Shown here piece by piece: positions 1 through 8,321 of a DNA stretch of 26,754 nucleotides (the stretch's first letter is position 1; the number at the start of each line of letters is the position of its first letter). Position numbers and translations under genes: made by a program. The notes beneath the pieces are model-generated. The model was not told the DNA's origin. It made no database searches and worked only from the letters and a program-made list of their open reading frames with translations. Source of the DNA: a virus. Its lineage: Duplodnaviria; Caudoviricetes. The DNA lies in IMG/VR virus record IMGVR_UViG_3300027906_000125, positions 1-26,754 of that record. One strand, written 5' to 3'.

Positions 1-383
1 TTATCAACTATTAAAAATATTTAGTTTGTAATTATAAAATAAAAATTTAAAATATTTTAATATATAAAAAATAAAAACGTAAAAAATTTTATATAAATTA
101 AAAAATTAAAGGGGGGCCCATAAAAATAAAAATTAATTTGGTTTTACAAATAAAATAATTAAAAAAGTTACAACGCAAATACTCCCTATACGTAATTAGG
201 TATGACATTAGGTAGTTATATTATATAAGTAGTACCCTGTTGTCAGCCCCTTCCCTATATAAGGGTGTATATAGTAATATTATAGTAAACTATAATCTTA
301 AGTAGATAGTAATAGATTCTATGTAAATTTCTATAAATACGTGTAAGTATACTAATGTACACTTCACTTTAAAAAACAACACT
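1..383. other. Very AT-rich non-coding region upstream of the late gene block
   Basis: No ORF in the track. Positions 1-180 are almost only A/T with many A-tracts and one GGGGGGCCC island at 111-119. Confidence 0.7.
323..351 (+). promoter_or_regulatory. Candidate phage promoter motif, copy 1
   Basis: GTAAA-tttctataaat-ACGTGTAAGTATA, ending 32 nt before ATG 384. Same spacing and consensus as 4037-4065. Confidence 0.55.
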
Positions 384-1052
384 ATGAACGGAGCATATAC
401 GCCTGGGTTAATGAAAAAAATGAAACACCCAATTCAAAAAAGATATTGCAACAACCCAACTAAACAAATGGGTGCAGCCACTCATGCAGTAGGACACAAC
501 CGAACTGATAATGTATTACAACAGAGAGGAGTCAAAACAGATATATATAGTATTCCAGATGGTAGTCCCCTTCCAACACCTATATCTATGGGAGTACTAG
601 GTGGTACATCTAAACCTAGAACTGAGGAGGAAGCTAAAGCTATAGTAAATATAGAAGCAAATACGCGTTCGGGAAGAAATAAACCTAATACTGAAAATAA
701 AAATATAGGAACTAATACTGCTGGTAGATTTGGCCATGTTGCTCAACACGGATCTCCATTAGAGCAACACACAATGGTAGATGGTAAAATAATATATCCA
801 CAAATAACTGCAAAGGATAGTAGTAATATTAAAAAGACTTATCAGAATATAAAAATGCCTGATATAGCAAAAACTACAAGAATTTCATATGAAACTAAAA
901 AACCTTGGGACGATGTGACATCTAAAGATATTGAAAATTACACAACGGATCAATACAATATTTTAAGAAATTTTGCTGGTCAATACAGTTTACCTGCTGT
1001 AAAAGGCGTTGCAGAGCACTATGGCTTGGATAAAAAACCGAAAAACTTATAA
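384..1052 (+). CDS. Hypothetical basic protein, possibly internal virion protein
   Basis: 222-aa ORF with A-rich leader. K/T/N-rich, contains SPL motifs (GSPLP, GSPLEQ). No recognisable domain. Confidence 0.6.
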   Translation: MNGAYTPGLMKKMKHPIQKRYCNNPTKQMGAATHAVGHNRTDNVLQQRGVKTDIYSIPDGSPLPTPISMGVLGGTSKPRTEEEAKAIVNIEANTRSGRNKPNTENKNIGTNTAGRFGHVAQHGSPLEQHTMVDGKIIYPQITAKDSSNIKKTYQNIKMPDIAKTTRISYETKKPWDDVTSKDIENYTTDQYNILRNFAGQYSLPAVKGVAEHYGLDKKPKNL

Positions 1053-1055
1053 AAA

Positions 1056-2900
1056 ATGGCAATAATATATTCATATCCCACCTCTACGGTAAAAGGAACC
1101 GATCGAATAATCGCATCGGACATGACTGTAACAGGTAATCCAACAATAAACATAAATGTTAACGGCATTGCTGACTATATACTTGCTTTGTTAGGTTTTG
1201 GTTCCGGTACTCCTGGAACTATGCCAGTATGGGTTACTAACCAGGAATTAGGAGATTCATACATTAAACAAGTAGCAACACCAACTCCACTAACAACGCA
1301 TACTGAAAGCGCAGAATTTGTTACTGGCAAAGTATTAACAGTTGATAGCACTATGATTGTGAACGGAGTAGAAGATCATAATAATCTAGAAACTCACAAT
1401 GGAATAGTAACATTTAATAACCAAGTTGATTTCGGTGATTTAACAACATTAAATGTAAATAATGTTAACATGTGGTCTAAATTTAGAGTATATGGAGAAC
1501 TAATTGATTCTAACGGACTTGGATCTCCAGGTGGTTTAGGTCAAATACTATCCTCCACTGTAACAGGTGTTGAATGGATAGATGGTTTACCTTCTGGATT
1601 AGAATACAGAGGAACTTGGGATGCAAATCTTAATACATCAGTTGATGGACCTTTAGCATCAGGTGTTGGAACACAAGGTTATTATTATATAGTAAGTGAA
1701 GCTGGAGCAACAAACTTAGATGGGTTTAACTCATGGCAAGTAGGCGACTGGGCTATATTCTCTAGCGCTAATACTTGGCAAGAAATAGATAATTCAGCTA
1801 TATTCTCTGGTGCTGGTACTCCAAATGTAATGACTAAATGGACTGGTCCTAGCGCACTGGGCGATTCTCAAACAACTGATGATGGTACTAATATATCTAT
1901 GGTTGCAGCAGGTTTATTAGAGTTAGAAGGTACGGCTAACGGAATAACTTTAACAGCTGGTGGTTCTGGTATTGTTACAGGTTCCCCAACTACATTCAAC
2001 AGTATTGTAAACTTAGCAAATCAAACAACTCTTACTGGATCATTAACTGATGCTTTTGTTAGTACAGGTGCAGCTGGTCAAGTATTATCTTCAACTGGTG
2101 CGGGTCAAGTACAGTGGATAAATGCTTCGGCAGCAGCAGGTTCCTTACAAGGTAGTGGTACTTTAAATCAAGTTGCAAAATGGACACCAAGTGGTTTAGA
2201 ACTAGGAGATAGTTCAATAGCAGATGATTCAAATACTGTAACAATGAATCCAGCCGTTTCGGTTAATATAACATCTAACGCTAATTTAACTGGAGTTAGT
2301 AATATATATGGAACAGCGGGTGGTAGTGATAGATTTGATAGTGTATGTGATTTCCAAGATGATATTAAACTTTCAAGTGCATTAGTAGATAGCCTTGGGT
2401 TATCAGGTACTAGTGGTCAAGTTTTATCAACTAACGGTTCTCAAACAGAATGGACTAATCCTTTAACTTTAACAGATGGATCACAAGAACTAACTGTTTC
2501 AGTAGATCCATTTGAAATGTCTCAACTATCAAGTGTACCTAAAGTTGTTATTCCAGCTCAAGGTGTGGGAACAGTTATAGAAATATTAAGTGTAGCTTTT
2601 AAATATGATTATGCAACAACTGTATATGACTTTACAAGTTACTTAGTAGTATGTCCATCTGGATCTGTAGGTAATACAGATACTTATCAAGCAGTATTTA
2701 AACAAGCATTTATAAATGGTGTTGGAGATATTTACCAAGGAAACGAACAGGGTCAATTTACTTTTGCTGGAAAATTGCTACAAGATAATACAGCGATGGT
2801 GTTTAGTACACCAGGAATAGACCCAACACAGGGTGATGGAAATATGAGATTAAATGTAAGGTATAGAGTATTAGATATCTCAACCTGGACAGTAGTTTAA
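1056..2900 (+). CDS. Fibre-like virion structural protein with internal repeats
   Basis: 614 aa, G/T/S-rich and K/R-poor. Three GxGT..W..LGDS repeats, three LxD..G..GQ[IV]LS..W repeats, and a YRGTWDA..GYYYIV..WQVGDW module common in phage fibres. Confidence 0.75.
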   Translation: MAIIYSYPTSTVKGTDRIIASDMTVTGNPTININVNGIADYILALLGFGSGTPGTMPVWVTNQELGDSYIKQVATPTPLTTHTESAEFVTGKVLTVDSTMIVNGVEDHNNLETHNGIVTFNNQVDFGDLTTLNVNNVNMWSKFRVYGELIDSNGLGSPGGLGQILSSTVTGVEWIDGLPSGLEYRGTWDANLNTSVDGPLASGVGTQGYYYIVSEAGATNLDGFNSWQVGDWAIFSSANTWQEIDNSAIFSGAGTPNVMTKWTGPSALGDSQTTDDGTNISMVAAGLLELEGTANGITLTAGGSGIVTGSPTTFNSIVNLANQTTLTGSLTDAFVSTGAAGQVLSSTGAGQVQWINASAAAGSLQGSGTLNQVAKWTPSGLELGDSSIADDSNTVTMNPAVSVNITSNANLTGVSNIYGTAGGSDRFDSVCDFQDDIKLSSALVDSLGLSGTSGQVLSTNGSQTEWTNPLTLTDGSQELTVSVDPFEMSQLSSVPKVVIPAQGVGTVIEILSVAFKYDYATTVYDFTSYLVVCPSGSVGNTDTYQAVFKQAFINGVGDIYQGNEQGQFTFAGKLLQDNTAMVFSTPGIDPTQGDGNMRLNVRYRVLDISTWTVV

Positions 2901-2918
2901 AAATTTAAAAAAAAGAAA

Positions 2919-3725
2919 ATGGCAATTATACCTAGTACATATAGCGTAGTCTTTTGGGATCCTTCTGATAGACTCTATATAACGGCAAATCAAGCTAACG
3001 TTAATACAACTGATACCGCATATACTATGCAGGATATTATTGACACAGTTGGTGGAGGCGGAGGCGTAATATCAATAGCAAGCGGTGGAACTGGTCAAAC
3101 AACTGCACAAGCTGCAATTGATGCATTAACTCAAGCAGGAGCAGCTTCTGGAGGAGATCTTCTTCAAAATAATGGGGGTAGTGTAGTTTTTGTCCCTGGC
3201 ATACAAGTAACAGGATATCAAATGGTTCAAGTATTTCAATGGGTGGATGGTACACCTGTAGCTTATACAAACTGGACTAGTGGAGTAGCGAGTAATCTAC
3301 CTTTTAATCCTATAGAGGTTACAAAAGGTTCAACAAATGCACCTGGCCCAACAGCTTATACAGATTTTGGTTGGACATGTGTTAATGCAGTTGGTGGTAC
3401 AGCTGGTGAAGTAGCTACATTTACATTAGGAGCAGATGGTAGCGGTACTTGGAAAATATCAACAACTCAACATTGGTTTGATCAAACTAATCAAGTTGAG
3501 GTTAGAGTTTCATTAAACGTTAATGGAACAATAATAGATGTAATAGATAATAAATCTACTGAACTAACTGGAGATAAAATATTTAATGGATATTTAGTTC
3601 AAAGTTTAGTTGCTGGTGATACTATTCAAGTTGAGGTAGAATTTGCTGGCGGTGGTATATCTCCATTCCCTTCAGATACTGGTAATAGACCTACTGAAAT
3701 AACTTTTGAGAGAGTATCACAATAA
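2919..3725 (+). CDS. Structural protein with probable C1q/TNF-like C-terminal beta-sandwich
   Basis: 268 aa. Short fibre repeat ISIASGGTGQTTAQAAIDAL. C-terminal pattern GSGTWKIS..LNVNG..LVAGDTIQV resembles gC1q/BclA-CTD heads. Confidence 0.6.
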   Translation: MAIIPSTYSVVFWDPSDRLYITANQANVNTTDTAYTMQDIIDTVGGGGGVISIASGGTGQTTAQAAIDALTQAGAASGGDLLQNNGGSVVFVPGIQVTGYQMVQVFQWVDGTPVAYTNWTSGVASNLPFNPIEVTKGSTNAPGPTAYTDFGWTCVNAVGGTAGEVATFTLGADGSGTWKISTTQHWFDQTNQVEVRVSLNVNGTIIDVIDNKSTELTGDKIFNGYLVQSLVAGDTIQVEVEFAGGGISPFPSDTGNRPTEITFERVSQ

Positions 3726-3758
3726 TAAATAAACAATAACAAATTAATATTAAAAAAA

Positions 3759-4037
3759 ATGGCAAATATTCCTTTAACTTACAAGCTATCATTTTATGAT
3801 CCATCAAAACCAGGTGGAACGGTAGCTGTACAGAACAACAACACAAACGACGCAACATCAACTGCTACACAGTTTAGTATGGCAGAGTTATTAAACACAA
3901 TAGGAGCTGGTGCTCCTGTATATGCTGACAATACAGCCGCAGTAGCAGGTGGATTAGCAGTTGGAGATGTTTATCAAACAGATGGAACCGCAGCAGCACC
4001 TCAAAATATTGCTGGTGGTCTTTATGCTGTAGTATAG
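3759..4037 (+). CDS. Small fibre/decoration protein
   Basis: 92 aa. N-terminus paralogous to the 2919 gene. C-terminal VYADNTAAVAGGLAVGDVYQT motif resembles ends of phage fibre proteins. Confidence 0.6.
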   Translation: MANIPLTYKLSFYDPSKPGGTVAVQNNNTNDATSTATQFSMAELLNTIGAGAPVYADNTAAVAGGLAVGDVYQTDGTAAAPQNIAGGLYAVV

Positions 4038-4065
4038 TAAAAATACACTTTAACAAGTGACTATA
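4037..4065 (+). promoter_or_regulatory. Candidate phage promoter motif, copy 2
   Basis: GTAAA-aatacacttta-ACAAGTGACTATA in the intergenic gap before the 4123-groEL-groES block. Confidence 0.55.
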
Positions 4066-4122
4066 TAAATATACCTGCTCGGTGAGAGTAAAACCAATTT
4101 TTAATTTTTAAAACCGAAACCA

Positions 4123-4410
4123 ATGACGTTTTATTACACGACTAAATCGTGGAGTAGTCAACCACAAGTATCCAAAGAAACCGTTGACCTTTGGAAACAC
4201 GTTGCAGATAAAAGCAAATGGAGAATTGTTCAACTACCTAATGGATTTTATCAAACAGAATACCATGATCTTAATGAAGATACTTGGCATGATGTTACTA
4301 GAAGAGAAACATTAGAAGGAGCTGAACAAGCAATAGATGCTTCAATCGAGCATTATTCTAAGAAATTAGAATTTGCAAACGGACCAAAGGTGGTTAAAAC
4401 CTTTGAATAA
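4123..4410 (+). CDS. Hypothetical protein, first gene of the chaperonin block
   Basis: 95-aa globular-looking, Trp-rich ORF directly upstream of groEL. Confidence 0.75.
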   Translation: MTFYYTTKSWSSQPQVSKETVDLWKHVADKSKWRIVQLPNGFYQTEYHDLNEDTWHDVTRRETLEGAEQAIDASIEHYSKKLEFANGPKVVKTFE

Positions 4411-4443
4411 TATCTAAACCACAATATAATATAATTTAATCAA

Positions 4444-5997
4444 ATGACAGAAAAACTTGTTAAAAATCTTAATTTTGGAGATAAAGCCCAGGATAAGATA
4501 TTAAATGGAATAGATAAACTCACAAAAGCTGTTAGCTCCACACTTGGGGCTAACGGTAAGTGTGTTATCTTAGAAGACAATTTAGGTAAACCTACTATAA
4601 CAAAAGATGGGATTACAGTAGCAGAAAGCGTTACATTATTAGATCCAGTTGAAAATATGGGTGCTATGCTTATAAAAGAAGCAGCGCGTAAAACCGTAAA
4701 AGAAGCTGGTGATGGTACAACAACCGCAACAGTACTAGCACATTCAATTTTACATTTAGCTAAAAAACATGGTATTAATAATGTAAGATTTTTAAAAGAA
4801 GGTATTGATTCAGCTGTAACCAAAACAATAAAATACTTAGATGACATAAGTATACCTGTTGTAGATGATATGGTAGAACAAGTAGCAACTATCTCAGCTA
4901 ACAATGATAAAGAGTTGGGGGATAAAATCTCTAAAGCTTTTTTAGCTGTAGGTAAAACCGGTGTAGTTGCTATGGAAGAATCAGATACTGCTGAAACGTA
5001 TATTGAAATTGTAGATGGAATACAATATGATGGAGGGTTAAAAAATATGAGTTTTGTTACCGACAAAGCTGGTAAGAAAGCTGAACTTAATAAACCTCTA
5101 ATATTAATTGTAGAATCTAAAATAGAGAACATACGTAAGATCCAAGCAGTTTTAGAACATGTCATAAAAACTAATAGAGCCTTATTAATCATTGGGGATG
5201 CAGATACTAAAGTATTAGCAGCGTTGGCAATGAATAAGATAAAAGGTAATATAAAAATAAATATAATTGATGCTCCTAATTTTGGAGTTACTAAAAAACA
5301 AGTATTAAATGATATTGCTATGATGACTGGAGCGACAGTTATCAATGAGCATTTAGGTGATGATTTAGATTTAATCCAACCTGAACATTTAGGAGAATGT
5401 GTTAAATCAGTAACTACAGAATATGAAACCATTATACAGGTCGCAGGTGTTTCCCCACAAGTAGAAGATGTTATTGAACAAGTGAAGAAAGATATACTAA
5501 AAGAAACTAAACCTGGTTCAATAACAAGACTTGAAAGAAGATTAGCATTACTATCAGCTAAAATAGCTAACGTAAAAGTTGGTGCTAATTCTGATGTAGA
5601 ATTAAAAGAAAAGAAAGATAGAGTTGAAGATGCTGTGTGTGCTACAAAAGCCGCGATAAAAGAAGGTATAGTTCCAGGCGGAGGTATAGCCTTACTTAAT
5701 GCTGCGTTAAAAATAAAAGCTGCTAATAAGGCAGAAGAAGTTTTATTTGACGCAATAAAATCTCCATTCGATGTTATATTAAGGAATGCTGGTATTGAAC
5801 CTAATACCGACTTAAAAGAAGGAGATGGTATAAACGTGGTTACAGGAAATATGGTAAATATGATTGATAGTGGAATCATTGATCCACTGTTAGTTACAAA
5901 AAGCGCTTTAAAAAATGCGGCTTCTGTAGCTACCACTATTTTATCAACTGATTGTGTAATTAATAACGTTAGAGTACATGAAGGCGATAGGAGATAA
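4444..5997 (+). CDS. groEL: Phage-encoded group I chaperonin (GroEL/Cpn60)
   Basis: Motifs ITKDGITVA, AGDGTTTATVLA, KEKKDRVEDA (D398 equivalent), GIVPGGG and GIIDP. No GGM tail. Confidence 0.97.
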   Translation: MTEKLVKNLNFGDKAQDKILNGIDKLTKAVSSTLGANGKCVILEDNLGKPTITKDGITVAESVTLLDPVENMGAMLIKEAARKTVKEAGDGTTTATVLAHSILHLAKKHGINNVRFLKEGIDSAVTKTIKYLDDISIPVVDDMVEQVATISANNDKELGDKISKAFLAVGKTGVVAMEESDTAETYIEIVDGIQYDGGLKNMSFVTDKAGKKAELNKPLILIVESKIENIRKIQAVLEHVIKTNRALLIIGDADTKVLAALAMNKIKGNIKINIIDAPNFGVTKKQVLNDIAMMTGATVINEHLGDDLDLIQPEHLGECVKSVTTEYETIIQVAGVSPQVEDVIEQVKKDILKETKPGSITRLERRLALLSAKIANVKVGANSDVELKEKKDRVEDAVCATKAAIKEGIVPGGGIALLNAALKIKAANKAEEVLFDAIKSPFDVILRNAGIEPNTDLKEGDGINVVTGNMVNMIDSGIIDPLLVTKSALKNAASVATTILSTDCVINNVRVHEGDRR

Positions 5998-6238
5998 CTT
6001 AATTATAACACCAATGGAACAAGGTGTTAAAAAAACTAAAGGTGGTTTGTTATTAACACACGGACAAAGAGAAGATATAAGATTTGAAAAAGCTCAAGTC
6101 TTAACCTTTGGAGATGATGTAAAAGGTATAAATGAAGGAGATGAAATATACTTCGACAGCAGAGCAGGCCACAAAATTGAAATAAATAAAGATACATATC
6201 ACGTTATCAAATCAAGAGACGTGGTCGTTGTTTTATGA
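5978..6238 (+). CDS. groES: Co-chaperonin GroES/Cpn10
   Basis: MKAIGDNLIITP, mobile loop KTKGGLLL, INEGDEIYF, VIKSRDVVVVL. Overlaps the groEL 3' end by 20 nt. Confidence 0.93.
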   Translation: MKAIGDNLIITPMEQGVKKTKGGLLLTHGQREDIRFEKAQVLTFGDDVKGINEGDEIYFDSRAGHKIEINKDTYHVIKSRDVVVVL

Positions 6239-6705
6239 AAAAGCTAGAAGCAAGTGATCTTAAAGATTTAAACTTGTTAAAACATTACCGTATAATACGC
6301 AAATGGGCTTGTAAAAACAACGGCTTAAATGATGCTGACTTAGAACTTCTTATATATCTAGATTGTATAGATATGTTTACTATTAATGATTTTAAAATAG
6401 GTACATATTCATATAGTTGGGATAATAGAAGATGGAATAGGTTAATTCAAAATGATTGGGTTAAAGTGTGGAGATATAGAAATAGAACTACACGGAAATA
6501 CAATATATATAAAGTTTCTTTTAAAGGTAAACAATTAATAAAAAGGATTTATAGAATAATGCTAGGTGAAGATGATATACCAACTAGTGAAAGAAGAAAT
6601 ACTATAATGAAAGGTGATACGTATATGAATAAGGTGTTACAAACATCTATAGATCACGTTAATAAAGATAAAGAAAGATGGCAAGACAAAACAACTCTCC
6701 CTTAA
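6235..6705 (+). CDS. Putative winged-helix (MarR-like) DNA-binding protein
   Basis: Pattern LNDADLELLIYL..RLIQNDWV..YKVSFKGKQLI matches the wHTH layout. Basic. ATGA-coupled to groES. Confidence 0.55.
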   Translation: MKKLEASDLKDLNLLKHYRIIRKWACKNNGLNDADLELLIYLDCIDMFTINDFKIGTYSYSWDNRRWNRLIQNDWVKVWRYRNRTTRKYNIYKVSFKGKQLIKRIYRIMLGEDDIPTSERRNTIMKGDTYMNKVLQTSIDHVNKDKERWQDKTTLP

Positions 6706-7583
6706 AACAACAATTATCAAGATACCAAGAAGCTATGAACAATGTTTATAGCCAACCTGGAATATGGGATGAATCCAACGTTATAGCTCCGGTTAAGTAT
6801 GAGCCCTTTGTAGGTGACTTTAGTACAGATGCGGTCTTAGAAGATGCTAAAGAAAGAAGAAGAACATCAACTGGTTTGAAAGGTTTAGAATTAAAATTAT
6901 CCAAAACAAAACCAGGAAGCCCTGAACATATTAGATTAAAAAGTAAACTTGATAAAAAGAATTTTAATCGTGAAAAAAAATCGATTAAAAAGATGGTAAG
7001 AAAATATGGTGAGGATGCTGATTTTAGTAATATATCTACTGAGTTCATGGAAAACCTGGAGACTGGTGGAACTGTTGGAGATAAAGCTAGAAGAACTAAA
7101 AAGCAAGTTGATAGATTTTTAGATAGAAACCAATCATTAAGATCAATATTTACTGATAAAGTAGATAGAAGAGATGTTTATAATGAAGGTATTAAAGATA
7201 GAGATGCTAAACTTAAAGCAGCTGCAGATAAAGCTAAGGCGGACCAAGATGAGATAGACAAGAGAATTAATAATAAAAGTAATTTTTCTGGTAACAATAT
7301 CTTATTTCCTGATTCTTCTACTTCTAGTGTATATGATAGAAGATGGAATACATTCTCATCCAATAAACCTAAATGGAGTATTGCAGGTTCAACAACAAAT
7401 CCAACTAGTCTTTTCGGTCAGTATAATATTTATGATGCTCTTAATACTAACTTTGGAGTTAAAGATGAAGGTGATCCTCCAAGAAGAGGTGAAGCTTTAT
7501 ATAAGAAAAGACCTTTTATCTCTCACACGGAATCTATAACTGCTGGTAAACCTATTGGTAGTTTAATGAAAAAATTTAGATAA
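6678..7583 (+). CDS. Hypothetical highly charged protein, possibly internal virion protein
   Basis: 301 aa, K/R/D-rich. Starts MARQNNSPLKQ. Confidence 0.6.
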   Translation: MARQNNSPLKQQLSRYQEAMNNVYSQPGIWDESNVIAPVKYEPFVGDFSTDAVLEDAKERRRTSTGLKGLELKLSKTKPGSPEHIRLKSKLDKKNFNREKKSIKKMVRKYGEDADFSNISTEFMENLETGGTVGDKARRTKKQVDRFLDRNQSLRSIFTDKVDRRDVYNEGIKDRDAKLKAAADKAKADQDEIDKRINNKSNFSGNNILFPDSSTSSVYDRRWNTFSSNKPKWSIAGSTTNPTSLFGQYNIYDALNTNFGVKDEGDPPRRGEALYKKRPFISHTESITAGKPIGSLMKKFR

Positions 7584-8119
7584 TGCCTTATCAAAATTGG
7601 TATTCAGCAGCAACAAACGCGGCGGTAGATATGAATATGCCTCCAGCTTTAGTACCACCATTGGCTAGCGCTGTGGCTCCAGCTAGACAACCTATAACAC
7701 CTATTAATGCTAATGTTCCATCTGCAGATGTTACAACAGAAGATGAAAATAGCTCAACAATCCAAAGCCGTATCGATTCCTTTGATACATCAAACTATGC
7801 TAGAAACTTAAGAACAGCTGGTAGGTTTGATAGAGAAACAGCTATGGTTACTCCGATGGAAACTCAAAGAAGGATGTTTGGAGATCAAGCTTTCCGTAAT
7901 ACAAGAAGAATAACTGAAGAAAGAAATGATGATCGTTATCAAGAAAGGATAAAACACTGGAAACGAACTGCGGCAGATAAAATAGTTAGAAGTCAAGAAG
8001 CAATGATGGCTGAATCTCCTCAAACGATGGGAGAAGAGTATTTTGATTTAACGAACCAATATACAGATTTAAATACATCTAATCCATTTTCAAATAGATA
8101 CTCTTCTTTATGGAGTTAA
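7583..8119 (+). CDS. Hypothetical low-complexity protein
   Basis: 178 aa, TAATG-coupled to the previous gene. Pro/Ala-rich N-terminus. Confidence 0.6.
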   Translation: MPYQNWYSAATNAAVDMNMPPALVPPLASAVAPARQPITPINANVPSADVTTEDENSSTIQSRIDSFDTSNYARNLRTAGRFDRETAMVTPMETQRRMFGDQAFRNTRRITEERNDDRYQERIKHWKRTAADKIVRSQEAMMAESPQTMGEEYFDLTNQYTDLNTSNPFSNRYSSLWS

Positions 8120-8152
8120 AAAATTATTAATACATATATAACTAAATAAATT

Positions 8153-8320
8153 ATGGCAACAAATAAAACACAATCAGGACAACAGTATATCTGGGAAGGA
8201 CCATTAGATCCTTCTGGTATGCCTATGGGAATGGGTGACAGTAGAGGTATAACTGGAATGAAGTTAAAATTAGGAGCTACTCCTTATACTCCAGGTCCAA
8301 TAACACAAATAGCAAAATAA
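8153..8320 (+). CDS. Small hypothetical protein (55 aa), not in ORF track
   Basis: MATNKTQSGQQYIWEGPLDPSGMPMGMGDSRGITGMKLKLGATPYTPGPITQIAK. Leader aaataaattATG. Fills the gap and ends 1 nt before ATG 8322. Confidence 0.8.
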   Translation: MATNKTQSGQQYIWEGPLDPSGMPMGMGDSRGITGMKLKLGATPYTPGPITQIAK

Positions 8321-8321
8321 A

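Noticed and set aside
286-314. Third copy of the promoter-like motif (GTAAA at 286; also at 12388)
   Set aside because: The second box after the 11-nt spacer does not match ACRWGTRASTATA.
4440-5936. 498-aa antisense ORF over groEL
   Set aside because: In this frame a stop needs a sense Tyr, His or Gln codon after a pyrimidine, and these residues are scarce in GroEL. The product is S/I/F-rich with no domain: a shadow ORF.
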